Shown here piece by piece: positions 1 through 8,085 of a DNA stretch of 30,659 nucleotides (positions are counted from its first letter, which is position 1; each line of letters starts with the position of its first letter). This DNA comes from a virus. Taxonomy: Duplodnaviria > Caudoviricetes. The stretch is taken from the IMG/VR virus record IMGVR_UViG_3300027142_000034, positions 1-30,659 of that record; one strand, given 5' to 3'. Under the pieces are notes generated by a model, which made no database searches, was not told where the DNA came from, and saw only the letters and a list, made by a program, of their open reading frames with translations. A program made the translations under genes and the position numbers.

Positions 1-86
1 TCTTGCTGGTCAGTCATAGGGTATTTGCGCTGGTATTCGGCAGCAATTGCCACAACCATCTGCTCATACTCTTCTAAGTAGTCCAC
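1..86 (-). CDS. N-terminus of a probable phage sigma-factor-like protein (runs off window edge)
   Basis: GTG at 86 directly follows the stop of the preceding gene. It reads MDYLEEYEQMVVAIAAEYQRKYPMTDQQ, resembling the sigma70 region-2-like start of actinophage sigma-like proteins. Only 28 codons are visible. Confidence 0.45.
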   Translation of the reverse strand, partial: MDYLEEYEQMVVAIAAEYQRKYPMTDQQ

Positions 87-87
87 G

Positions 88-378
88 TTATCCCTCTGCT
101 ACGCCTTCCCATTGTCGCCTTTGTACCAATAGTCCGATTATTGCATAATTTGCTAGGTCAAGAAAGGTATCTTCAATACTTTCATAGTTCGGCGTGTCGT
201 TACTTTTGTAGTAAAGGTTTTCTAATCGTGCCATCTTATCGTGCATACGCACAAGCAGCCCATTCATTGCACCACCTGGAGCATTGGCTATGTTAAATGG
301 GCCGTAGTCTTGATGCTTGCGCACCATAATAATACGTAGTTCATTGAGAATATCTTCAAAGTTATCAAGGTTTTTCAT
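88..378 (-). CDS. Nucleotide-modification-associated domain 1 (DUF1599/Nmad1-like, MazG-like helical fold)
   Basis: Motifs RKHQDYG, VRMHDKMARL and ESIEDTFLDLANYAII. Start moved to ATG 378 because GGAG lies upstream. Confidence 0.7.
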   Translation of the reverse strand: MKNLDNFEDILNELRIIMVRKHQDYGPFNIANAPGGAMNGLLVRMHDKMARLENLYYKSNDTPNYESIEDTFLDLANYAIIGLLVQRRQWEGVAEG

Positions 379-676
379 CAAGTATCTCCTTAGCCTGTTG
401 TTCAAAATCTATCATTGCTTCTTGCACTAACACTTCTTCTACTATCTTTTCTCCGTGTCCTGCTTCTGCTGAAATAAGAACTGCTGCCAGCATAGTCAAC
501 ATTGTATTTGCTTTTTGTTGGTCTACTTGATTCATAACCCATACATCCCGTAGTGCATTAAGGATGTCTAATCCCTGGCGTTTAGAGATTGGTATACCTA
601 TGTGTCTAGGATTATCTTTAATAAAATCCCATACTTCATTGCCATTATTCAGAAAGGCATTTTCGGATTCGTTCAT
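365..676 (-). CDS. Hypothetical protein (103 aa, helical)
   Basis: ORF overlaps both neighbours in a tightly packed operon; no motif recognised. Confidence 0.7.
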   Translation of the reverse strand: MNESENAFLNNGNEVWDFIKDNPRHIGIPISKRQGLDILNALRDVWVMNQVDQQKANTMLTMLAAVLISAEAGHGEKIVEEVLVQEAMIDFEQQAKEILDEKP

Positions 677-1274
677 TAATAAACTCCGCTCCTTGTAGCA
701 TTACTATACTGTTTACGTCATGCCCTTCTGGCATCTGAACTATATTAACATTACCTAACTCTCGGCTAACTTTCTTGCCAAAATCCATACCTGCTGAATC
801 ACCATCTGCTAATACAATTACTGTATCAAAATCATCTAATATCTTGGAATAGAATGGCTTCCAGTTGTTTGCACCTGGAATACCTACTGCTGGATGTGGT
901 GTTTTAACAGATACTGTTATGCAATCTATCTCGCCCTCAGTCACACAGATATAGTCTGATGCTGTTAGTACTGCCTGTGCATTGAACATACTGGTCTTAG
1001 CACCTGGCATACCCATATACTTTGGGTCTACATTACCCAACGCTCTGAATCTAATATCAACTACACCTGATGGTGTGATGTAAGGTATTGCTAATCTTCC
1101 AAGGTATGGTTCATGACCTGGAAGAGCGTCCTTTACCACTCCAAGATGAAAGCGTTGCGCCTCTTCTACCGATAGATTGCGTGTTGCTAGGTACTCTGTT
1201 GCTAGATGAATCTGACTGGCGTACTGGTGCGTTGCCTGCAAGAGAAATTGTCTGTGCGAACTTGATAGCCTCAC
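645..1274 (-). CDS. DNA primase, catalytic/TOPRIM half
   Basis: RLAIPY, KY, CVTEGEIDC, GIPGA, LADGDSAG and GHDVN TOPRIM motifs; GTG start preceded by GGAGG. Confidence 0.9.
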   Translation of the reverse strand: MRLSSSHRQFLLQATHQYASQIHLATEYLATRNLSVEEAQRFHLGVVKDALPGHEPYLGRLAIPYITPSGVVDIRFRALGNVDPKYMGMPGAKTSMFNAQAVLTASDYICVTEGEIDCITVSVKTPHPAVGIPGANNWKPFYSKILDDFDTVIVLADGDSAGMDFGKKVSRELGNVNIVQMPEGHDVNSIVMLQGAEFINERIRKCLSE

Positions 1275-1485
1275 GATATGTGCCTCCTTCCTTATAGATA
1301 ATTAAATCGTATACATCTCCACTGACGCCACAACCATGACATTTAAATCTTTCTTCTTCAAAGTTAATACCTGCTGATGCATGGCTGTCATTGTGGAATG
1401 GGCATTTAATTTTGCGCCAGCCGTGTCCCTCAGCAGGAACGGCTGCGCCTATATAGCGTAGATAGTCTGCGATACTATGTTTCAC
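1111..1485 (-). CDS. DNA primase zinc-binding (CHC2) half
   Basis: CPFHNDSHAS...FKCHGCGVSGD motif; GTG at 1485 preceded by AGGAGG; low-complexity tail overlaps the TOPRIM gene. Confidence 0.85.
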   Translation of the reverse strand: MKHSIADYLRYIGAAVPAEGHGWRKIKCPFHNDSHASAGINFEEERFKCHGCGVSGDVYDLIIYKEGGTYREAIKFAQTISLAGNAPVRQSDSSSNRVPSNTQSIGRRGATLSSWSGKGRSSRS

Positions 1486-1819
1486 CCAAGACCCTCCTAA
1501 TAAGAGCGAGCCACACGCTGGCAGGCATACTGCAATACCATTCTCCAACATCTGACTTTCCTTTCCGCTTATGCAAGACTGTTCCTGTCCATGCATTATC
1601 GTTCTTCATTTCTATTTCTAGTTCTTTAATCCAAGCGCTCAAGTCCATGCGGACGTGGTTTTTAACCTCAATTGTTACTCCATTGACGCCACTAATATCG
1701 CCTTTGTCTAACTGTGCTCCTGCTATTCTGCGGTCTGCATAAGGAAAACCATTAACCTTCAGCCATTTAACTGCATCTGCTTCGGCTTTGCTGCCTTTAC
1801 GCTTGGCTGGTGTACTCAT
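1475..1819 (-). CDS. Holliday junction resolvase-like PD-(D/E)XK nuclease
   Basis: KRKGSKAE...DKGDI...IEVKN pattern, located in the replication module. Confidence 0.75.
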   Translation of the reverse strand: MSTPAKRKGSKAEADAVKWLKVNGFPYADRRIAGAQLDKGDISGVNGVTIEVKNHVRMDLSAWIKELEIEMKNDNAWTGTVLHKRKGKSDVGEWYCSMPASVWLALIRRVLGET

Positions 1820-1959
1820 TCTTTAGGTTGCTCCGTAATGATTGCTATTACCCAACCGTTGCCTTCGCCTTTTTCTGCACGCTCACGTGCAATATCAATG
1901 TTAGATGCACGGATAACTTTTGTTTTATTTTTCTCATAAATGATTTCATACTTAGGCAT
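1816..1959 (-). CDS. Small hypothetical protein (47 aa), absent from the ORF track
   Basis: MPKYEIIYEKNKTKVIRASNIDIARERAEKGEGNGWVIAIITEQPKE; TAATG overlap with the helicase stop and ATGA overlap with the next start. Confidence 0.75.
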   Translation of the reverse strand: MPKYEIIYEKNKTKVIRASNIDIARERAEKGEGNGWVIAIITEQPKE

Positions 1960-2771
1960 TACATTACCTCTTCCTGTTGGTACCTGACTGGTACATCCTC
2001 TAGATACATAGAGTCTGGACTAAAAGATAGGCTAACATAATTGCTGCCTGTCTGGTCTGCTCTACCGTATCTGTTCTTGACTGGTGCTACACATAGGTAT
2101 GTGTCGTCACCTTGTTTCATCTGACCAATAGTTAAAACCATTGCTGGAATCTGATTGACCATGCCCTGCACTGCGCTGCGTGGCTGGCAAGGATAGCCAT
2201 CAAATCCTTCTTTTGTATGGTGTAGTACTAACACTGCTGCGTTGGTATCTCTGGCTAGATACTTGAGTTCTTTCATAACGGCACGCATTGCACCAAACTC
2301 ATCGTACCCATCCATTGCTACATCCATTAGGTTGTCTACAACTATAAGGGTTGGCGACTTACCCCATACTGTTTCAAAGGCTGAGACTTCATCATCTAAA
2401 TCTTTGAGTGTAGGGCTAGATTCAAAGGACCAGAACAAATGGTTGTTGAGTTGTAGTATTTCATGCGACCTAGCAGGGTCGCGTTTTAGTAGTTGTTCTG
2501 CTGCTGCCTGTGTCATCTTGCCAGTCATAGCAATCAAGCGCATAGCCATTGTGTGTGCATTGGTATCTGCTGAAAAGTAAAGTGTAGGATGTTTTGTTTT
2601 AGCAGCAATAGCCAATGCAACTGATGACTTACCTGCACCTGGAGTGCCTGCAATAACAGTTACTTCTGCTCTACGCAGAATAATTCCTGCTCTCTCAAAT
2701 GCAGCAAAGGCAGGCGGTAATGGTTCCCCGCCTACCTCTGCTTTATTTATAGAGCGTCTAAGTGTTTTCAC
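1959..2771 (-). CDS. DnaB-like (RecA-fold) replicative helicase, ATPase domain only
   Basis: Walker A GTPGAGKS, Walker B LIVVD, LVLHH, and C-terminal VKNRYG. Confidence 0.85.
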   Translation of the reverse strand: MKTLRRSINKAEVGGEPLPPAFAAFERAGIILRRAEVTVIAGTPGAGKSSVALAIAAKTKHPTLYFSADTNAHTMAMRLIAMTGKMTQAAAEQLLKRDPARSHEILQLNNHLFWSFESSPTLKDLDDEVSAFETVWGKSPTLIVVDNLMDVAMDGYDEFGAMRAVMKELKYLARDTNAAVLVLHHTKEGFDGYPCQPRSAVQGMVNQIPAMVLTIGQMKQGDDTYLCVAPVKNRYGRADQTGSNYVSLSFSPDSMYLEDVPVRYQQEEVM

Positions 2772-3238
2772 TTAATCTGTTCTGGAACGAATGTGTTCCA
2801 TTCTGGTGAAGTGTTAGTAACATACTGGTTCTTACACTTGTCAAATGCACCCTTTGGTGCTGGGCAGAACCAACCTTTATATGGTCTGCCATCTTTACCC
2901 ATACCTTGAATCGCTGTCATCTTTCCATGTGGACATGAACGGCCACCAATTGTAGGTGTTGGTGCTGGCTGTGTATATTCTTGGGCAGGAATTGTTGTTC
3001 CTGTTTCAATGATGTTGCCACCTAATGCTGCGGCAACTACTTGTGCAGACATAACTGGTGCTGCTGGTGTTGATGCACCACGCACTGCTGCTTCTAGTTC
3101 TGTTGCTGCTGATGCAATCGCTGCGATTGAATGTGCAACTACATTGTCTAGTTCTTCTCCGCTTTCTGCACGGACTGTAACAAGACTACCTGCTGGTGTC
3201 TTAACTGTGATACTGATTGGTGCTTCTGTACTAGGCAC
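2768..3238 (-). CDS. Replication/recombination-associated protein with C-terminal Zn-ribbon (GRF-like)
   Basis: CPHG-x-YKGWFCP-x-C at the C-terminus after an Ala/Pro linker; GTG 3238 preceded by AAGGAG. Confidence 0.6.
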   Translation of the reverse strand: MPSTEAPISITVKTPAGSLVTVRAESGEELDNVVAHSIAAIASAATELEAAVRGASTPAAPVMSAQVVAAALGGNIIETGTTIPAQEYTQPAPTPTIGGRSCPHGKMTAIQGMGKDGRPYKGWFCPAPKGAFDKCKNQYVTNTSPEWNTFVPEQIK

Positions 3239-4013
3239 TATCTTCTCCTTGCTCAAATGGAGTAGCCAAACCCTTTTGGTCTCGCCACTTTCTTACTTTC
3301 ATTGCAAATTGTACACCTTTCCATCCTTCTTGGATGTCAATCCATACTAACTTGCAAGTTCCTGTCCCTGCTGGGGCATGAATGATGATTGCTTTTTCTT
3401 TATTGATGTCGCCCCATGTGCCACGGGTCGCCGTATCTATCATGTACGGCGAGCCGTTGGCGTAGATTGCTAATTGCATAGCAATATTATTTGGATGGTC
3501 AATGCGACCTGTCTTTAGGTCTGCAATAAACCTTTCGCCTTTATATTCAACAACTCTATCTGGTGTACCAGCAATTTTAAACTTGTCTAGTACTGTAAAT
3601 TGTTCGATGTAAAGTTTAGTAAGTATGCTAGTTGCTTTTTGGTATGCAAGAATGTCTGGCATCCATTGTTCTGGTACTGCACCTAACTCTAAACCTAAGT
3701 CTAGTTTTTCTGTTAACGCATGGATTGCTGTACCAATTGTTGCTGCTTTACTAGCACCTGCTGCATCCATTGCTTCTTCGATATATGCATTAACCAACTT
3801 GTTATCATCTGCTGCTACACCAATGGCTAGTAATAGGTCTGGTCTACTTGTTAAACCTATTGCTGCCATACGCATCTTCCATGCTGTTAATGCTGATGCA
3901 TCATCAAGACTGTTGGCTATTGTGGTAGCACGCGTATATGCAATTGCTTTGCCACCTTTAGGGGGAACGACTAACGGTCTTCCGTATCTATCTCTTTCAA
4001 TTTCTACTGGCAT
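3231..4013 (-). CDS. PD-(D/E)XK exonuclease (RecE/RecB-nuclease-like)
   Basis: GTAIH, IEQ, AGTPDR, IADLKTG and QLAIYA motifs; ATG 4013 preceded by AAGGAG. Confidence 0.82.
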   Translation of the reverse strand: MPVEIERDRYGRPLVVPPKGGKAIAYTRATTIANSLDDASALTAWKMRMAAIGLTSRPDLLLAIGVAADDNKLVNAYIEEAMDAAGASKAATIGTAIHALTEKLDLGLELGAVPEQWMPDILAYQKATSILTKLYIEQFTVLDKFKIAGTPDRVVEYKGERFIADLKTGRIDHPNNIAMQLAIYANGSPYMIDTATRGTWGDINKEKAIIIHAPAGTGTCKLVWIDIQEGWKGVQFAMKVRKWRDQKGLATPFEQGEDSA

Positions 4014-4032
4014 ACATCTCCTTGTTATTAGT

Positions 4033-4112
4033 GTCCCGTGTTCGCAGATGGCGGGACCACCCATCCCCAAGTCTAACACATAGTAGAAATGAACAAACGC
4101 CTATGTGTTAGA
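4033..4112 (-). promoter_or_regulatory. Structured mRNA leader: 12-bp hairpin plus H-type pseudoknot upstream of the exonuclease RBS
   Basis: Perfect inverted repeat TCTAACACATAG (4072-4083) / CTATGTGTTAGA (4101-4112). The minus strand then reads GATGG-gtg-GTCCCG-CCATC-tgcgaaca-CGGGAC (4065-4033). Confidence 0.55.
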
Positions 4113-4132
4113 TAGCGCATGATTGATGGTGG

Positions 4133-4573
4133 TTATTCCCGTTCGATTTCGCTTATACTTACATCGTGGCTGTCAATGTCTAAGTCGTAGCCGCTGACTT
4201 CGATATTGTCATTAATAATATCTTCGGCTTCCTCTTTAGAGGTAGCCTTGATACCAGTAATGTTAACTGTAATCTCTACAGTTGCACACCAAGTTGTAGT
4301 AAGCATGTCTGAACCAATTGATTCAAGCAATGCGTTAACCTCATCGCGTGTAACAGTTGTTTCATCCTCATCAACAGAACCATCAAATGCTTCTGTAAAG
4401 TAGGCATGTACTTCAGTACGTACCTTCATTAGTTTTCTATATGCTTCTTGTGCTTCAGTAGATACTGCATCTAGCCTACGCTTAGTTGCAATGTCTGTCT
4501 TGATTAGTTCCTTCAATGATTCTTCAGTGAAGTTATAGGTTGTGCCATCTACTGTAATTGGGTTTAAGTACAT
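4133..4573 (-). CDS. Hypothetical acidic protein (146 aa)
   Basis: ORF with AAGGAG RBS; coiled-coil-like N-terminal half. Confidence 0.75.
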   Translation of the reverse strand: MYLNPITVDGTTYNFTEESLKELIKTDIATKRRLDAVSTEAQEAYRKLMKVRTEVHAYFTEAFDGSVDEDETTVTRDEVNALLESIGSDMLTTTWCATVEITVNITGIKATSKEEAEDIINDNIEVSGYDLDIDSHDVSISEIERE

Positions 4574-4581
4574 GTTGCTCC

Positions 4582-5529
4582 TTAGATTCCGACTAGTTCT
4601 AGTGCTCGTAGTTTAATGCCATCATTGCGCCCTGCAAGGGTAGCAATACTAGCATCTTTCTGAGAGTAGTGGTCAGCATATTCAACTACTGCTTGCCATA
4701 AACCAAACTCTGTATGACGGATGTTCTCTTGTGTTGGGCTATCTGAATAGATAGCAAATGCTTTCTGCCGTGCATTGAGGGCACGGGACTTGGCATTCTT
4801 TTCACCCTTGCTGAGTAGGTGTAGAGGTGCGTTCTCAATTTTAGATGGTAGAGCCCACACTTTCTTGAAGTACTCAGTTGCTTTGTTGATGTCTGCCTCA
4901 CGCTGTAATAGATGGTTAGCAAGATTACTATACGCATCAATACTTGTGTAAGTCAAGTCAAGGATGTTTCGCATATCGGATACTGATAACACTGAGTTTT
5001 GTGTATGACGCAGTGTGTATGTGTGCGCTTTGTTCTTGGCACGATAGATACGATTGATTTGGTTGGCACACCACAATCGTTCGATGATAGGACGGATGAC
5101 CACTGATGATGAACCATCATGACTAGTCTTGGCTAGTAAGAAGGCTGCGTGTGGGTCGCCCTTGATTTCCATTTCTTTTGGTAGTGACATAAGCATCCAT
5201 ACTTTTGCGCCACCATCATACTCACCTGCTGCTGCATAGCGAGCATCACCTGAATCAATTAAGCCGTCAAGGCAGCCAAAGACTTCTTGGTTTTGGAAGA
5301 CTTTGTATTTGCTACCTACTACGCCAATGACTGACTCATTTCCATTTGCTTTTTTTACGACTGCTTGCTTGTTCGGTACATGCAAGAAGTCAGATGTATG
5401 CATATCAGATAAACCAACAGTCCAATTAAGTCCTGCTTGTTCTGCTACCTGTGCTGCACTACTTGCTTCTACTGCTACGCCAGCCTTTTGCCAGGCTGAG
5501 CGGTTCTTCGCTACATTTGCTGTAGTCAT
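4582..5529 (-). CDS. DUF932/DUF945 family phage/plasmid protein
   Basis: AGLNWTV, GVVGSKYKVFQN, SHDGSSS, RLWCANQ, RHT and WQAVVEYADH motifs. Confidence 0.88.
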   Translation of the reverse strand: MTTANVAKNRSAWQKAGVAVEASSAAQVAEQAGLNWTVGLSDMHTSDFLHVPNKQAVVKKANGNESVIGVVGSKYKVFQNQEVFGCLDGLIDSGDARYAAAGEYDGGAKVWMLMSLPKEMEIKGDPHAAFLLAKTSHDGSSSVVIRPIIERLWCANQINRIYRAKNKAHTYTLRHTQNSVLSVSDMRNILDLTYTSIDAYSNLANHLLQREADINKATEYFKKVWALPSKIENAPLHLLSKGEKNAKSRALNARQKAFAIYSDSPTQENIRHTEFGLWQAVVEYADHYSQKDASIATLAGRNDGIKLRALELVGI

Positions 5530-5541
5530 GTGTCCCTTTCT

Positions 5542-6036
5542 TTACCATGAAGCCTGATACTCGAAGGCCCATCCTTCAGGTACATCTTCAATTAGTTTGC
5601 TTACTATCTCCACGGTTTTTTTTACGCCATGGAAATACCATTCGTCATACTCTGTGCTTCCAAAGAAGAAGCCACCACCTGTTGGCAGTAGTTCTTCTGC
5701 TTTAGTATGGTCTGCTAACACTTCTTCACATGCAATCTTTAAATCAATTAAAGAATTACGAGGTACATAAATAGGCTGGCAGTTATCTTCTCCATCTGCT
5801 AAGTTCTCAATAAACCAAGAATGGATAGCATTAACTTTACGCCAATAACCAACTTGAATAGATACCTGAGCAAAGGCTAGTTCGTTTGGGTCATAAGCCC
5901 AATCGTTAGCACCCATAAGGCTGGTTAGGATTTTGTAATCTGCATTTGGAAAACTAACTCCAGTTCCATCTGGATTTACTTTCCAATCACGGGATGAGAT
6001 ACCTTTACGGGCATAGAGATACATATCTAATCCCAT
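5542..6036 (-). CDS. Conserved phage protein of unknown function
   Basis: MGLDMYL, GYWRKVNAIHSWF, LLPT-GFFFGSTEYD and YQASW motifs, typical of a widespread phage family. Confidence 0.75.
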   Translation of the reverse strand: MGLDMYLYARKGISSRDWKVNPDGTGVSFPNADYKILTSLMGANDWAYDPNELAFAQVSIQVGYWRKVNAIHSWFIENLADGEDNCQPIYVPRNSLIDLKIACEEVLADHTKAEELLPTGGGFFFGSTEYDEWYFHGVKKTVEIVSKLIEDVPEGWAFEYQASW

Positions 6037-6038
6037 GA

Positions 6039-6539
6039 TTAGATACCCATTCCTTCTTTAACTCTTGGATGTAGTTCGTGTGTCATAGCAACAAACGCAC
6101 CTGATGGCCAGCCTGAAGTAAAGACACGGTTAAGTAGATTTGCTAGTGAGTAACTAGGATTATGAACTAGCGCAGTACTAAGAAGTTCTTTAGCAGAATC
6201 TACTTCTTCTAGTGCGTATAGATTTGCAGCCAACACACTTGCAATAGGTGCAATGAACTTAGTAGGAACTGAGTCCATAAAGTATGCAAGGTATCCATTA
6301 ACATCTTCAATCTTGCGCTCAGATGGCAGACCTAATACAAAGTCACGCAACTGAATGTCTTTCTGTAATGCTGCTGCAATCTCTGCAATATGGTCATTAT
6401 CTGGTGCTGTGCCTGAATCAACCTGTGTATAGATAGCGTCAGTTAAACGCTTGCGTTGTGTTAGTAGTTGTTCTTCTTTATCATTCTCACCCAATAGGAT
6501 GTTGTAGTAGTTTTCGATTTCTTCTAGTGTTACTGTCAT
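6039..6539 (-). CDS. DUF4192-like protein (actinobacterial family)
   Basis: DIQLRD and AL-x-NPSYSLANLL-x-GWP resemble the DUF4192 C-terminal region. Confidence 0.65.
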   Translation of the reverse strand: MTVTLEEIENYYNILLGENDKEEQLLTQRKRLTDAIYTQVDSGTAPDNDHIAEIAAALQKDIQLRDFVLGLPSERKIEDVNGYLAYFMDSVPTKFIAPIASVLAANLYALEEVDSAKELLSTALVHNPSYSLANLLNRVFTSGWPSGAFVAMTHELHPRVKEGMGI

Positions 6540-6560
6540 TTCTTTCTCCTTAGTTTGTTG

Positions 6561-6974
6561 TTAGTACCAGCCATTGGTACGCCAATGCGACCAAGCAACT
6601 GATGGTTTCTCGTAGCGGTGCTGGATATAAGCCAGCCCCCGCTCAATCTGAAGCGGGGCTGGCGTTGATGGGTCGAGGTTAAGCAACTGTGGAATACCAA
6701 ATGCAGAACTGTTTGGGTTATCTGCTGCTGGATTCCATGCTGATTCTTTACCCCATAGTTTCATGAGTGCTCGATGTTCCGATAAGTTCCATTCGGGGTA
6801 TGCCAACTTCATGAACTGTCTTGCATATAATTTCAGAGCGCGAGGAGTCCAATGGAACTCGCTCATCTCCGTAGGTTTTGGTTCTGTATGTGCCTGTGCT
6901 AGTGGCATGTGCCACGGTAGCATTGACAAGAATGCTACATACCATGCTGTAAGCAGTGCGAATAGTTTCTTCAT
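6561..6974 (-). CDS. Secreted lytic transglycosylase (SLT/lysozyme-like fold)
   Basis: Signal-peptide-like N-terminus; catalytic KESAWNP, AFGIPQ, QIERGLAYIQHRY and C-terminal GWY. Confidence 0.85.
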   Translation of the reverse strand: MKKLFALLTAWYVAFLSMLPWHMPLAQAHTEPKPTEMSEFHWTPRALKLYARQFMKLAYPEWNLSEHRALMKLWGKESAWNPAADNPNSSAFGIPQLLNLDPSTPAPLQIERGLAYIQHRYEKPSVAWSHWRTNGWY

Positions 6975-7066
6975 TTAGTAACCCATCTGTAGAGGATATA
7001 GAAAACTGTAATGAGGAAGAGCCATGACTGTAATGGTGTGAGAGGGAGGAATGTAATGTCATTCAT
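6971..7066 (-). CDS. Membrane micro-protein (31 aa), absent from the ORF track
   Basis: MNDITFLPLTPLQSWLFLITVFYILYRWVTK; ATGA overlap with the transglycosylase start. Confidence 0.6.
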   Translation of the reverse strand: MNDITFLPLTPLQSWLFLITVFYILYRWVTK

Positions 7067-7163
7067 CTCCCCACATCCTGTCTGGTTCTTGGTAACCATC
7101 ATCCTCTTCTTCTGTGTCTTTGTCTAGTGCTATATCATCTTCAAGTGGTGGTTCATAGGTCAT
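7059..7163 (-). CDS. Highly acidic micro-protein (34 aa), absent from the ORF track
   Basis: MTYEPPLEDDIALDKDTEEEDDGYQEPDRMWGDE; AAGGAG upstream; overlaps both neighbours. Confidence 0.6.
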   Translation of the reverse strand: MTYEPPLEDDIALDKDTEEEDDGYQEPDRMWGDE

Positions 7164-7251
7164 CTTCTTCTATCTCCTTTAGCATCTCATTTAGTATGGG
7201 CTGTACTGCTAGGGCTGCTTTGTCTAATGCTTCCTGTAGTTCTTTACTCAT
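7153..7251 (-). CDS. Helical micro-protein (32 aa), absent from the ORF track
   Basis: MSKELQEALDKAALAVQPILNEMLKEIEEDDL; overlaps the XRE stop and the next start. Confidence 0.55.
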   Translation of the reverse strand: MSKELQEALDKAALAVQPILNEMLKEIEEDDL

Positions 7252-7528
7252 TGTCGTATCTTTCTTTGTATTCCATTAATCTTTTATGATGCATTCTCAT
7301 AAGTAATTGTGTTGGCTCTTTTTCTTTTACTAATGATTCAATAGATATATCGTACCTATTGCATAGAAGTATTAGGTTTTCAAGGGTAGGTTTTCTATCT
7401 CCTCTTTCCCAACTTCCTAATGTTACTGCGGTTATCTGTGCAATTTTAGATGCTTCACTTAATGTTAAACCTTTGGCTTGTCTTACTTGTCGTAATCTTT
7501 TACGCACTGTTCTATAGGTTGGATTCAT
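7244..7528 (-). CDS. XRE-family helix-turn-helix regulator
   Basis: LRQVRQAKGLTLSEAS...TLGSWERGDRKPTLENL. Confidence 0.88.
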   Translation of the reverse strand: MNPTYRTVRKRLRQVRQAKGLTLSEASKIAQITAVTLGSWERGDRKPTLENLILLCNRYDISIESLVKEKEPTQLLMRMHHKRLMEYKERYDNE

Positions 7529-7656
7529 TCTTCTTCCACATAGATGCGTCCTGTTGCCATCATCTCTTCCAAGATATTGTTGGCTGCTTTGAGACTGAGT
7601 ATTGCTTTGTCAATGGACTCGTTCAAGTCCGCTATTTCATGAACTGTGTATGACAT
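7525..7656 (-). CDS. Small helical protein (43 aa), absent from the ORF track
   Basis: MSYTVHEIADLNESIDKAILSLKAANNILEEMMATGRIYVEEE; AGGAG RBS; ATGA overlap with XRE. Confidence 0.7.
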   Translation of the reverse strand: MSYTVHEIADLNESIDKAILSLKAANNILEEMMATGRIYVEEE

Positions 7657-7786
7657 CTGTTGCTCCTAACTTAGACCAAGCACACGCTTGGCAATAGTTC
7701 CTAGCGTGTGCTTTATTTATATCTACTACTATTGCTATCCCACATTGGTAGCAATCAAATGTTTGATACTTTACTTGGTTGTCCAT
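7637..7786 (-). CDS. Small Zn-ribbon protein (49 aa), absent from the ORF track
   Basis: MDNQVKYQTFDCYQCGIAIVVDINKAHARNYCQACAWSKLG...; two CxxC motifs; AAGGA RBS. Confidence 0.65.
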   Translation of the reverse strand: MDNQVKYQTFDCYQCGIAIVVDINKAHARNYCQACAWSKLGATDVIHSS

Positions 7787-7974
7787 AGGTCTTCCTTTGC
7801 TATGTCTGGGTCATAGTAGAAGTTCCGCCCCTGCTTTTCTATTCTTAAAGCACGGCGCAGATTCATATTGTCTCGATGCAATATAGCATTCTGTCTGATT
7901 GCTAGTGTAATAAGTATGATACTTGTAGACATTGCAATAATCAATGCCAGTATATCTCCTGCTTCTAATAACAT
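7771..7974 (-). CDS. Single-pass membrane protein (67 aa)
   Basis: Start reassigned to ATG 7974 (GAAAGG RBS); hydrophobic ILALIIAMSTSIILITLAI. Confidence 0.7.
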   Translation of the reverse strand: MLLEAGDILALIIAMSTSIILITLAIRQNAILHRDNMNLRRALRIEKQGRNFYYDPDIAKEDLWTTK

Positions 7975-8038
7975 TTTGTTACCTTTCTGATTAGATGGAC
8001 TCGCGGTATTCCGTAGTAGGTACATGGCCCTCCACGAT

Positions 8039-8079
8039 AAAAAGAAAAGGCAGGTGAGAGCCGAAGCCCCCACCTGCCT
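8039..8079 (-). terminator. Intrinsic terminator
   Basis: Minus strand reads AGGCAGGTGGGGGC-TTCG-GCTCTCACCTGCCT followed by TTTCTTTTTT (cUUCGg tetraloop), just after the SSB-like stop. Confidence 0.9.
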
Positions 8080-8085
8080 GAGTCT

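Noticed and set aside
4071-4113. Integron attC-like ends (GTCTAAC ... GTTAGAT match RYYYAAC/GTTRRRY)
   Set aside because: Only 43 bp, with no L boxes or extrahelical bases and no integrase; one match implies the other in a palindrome.
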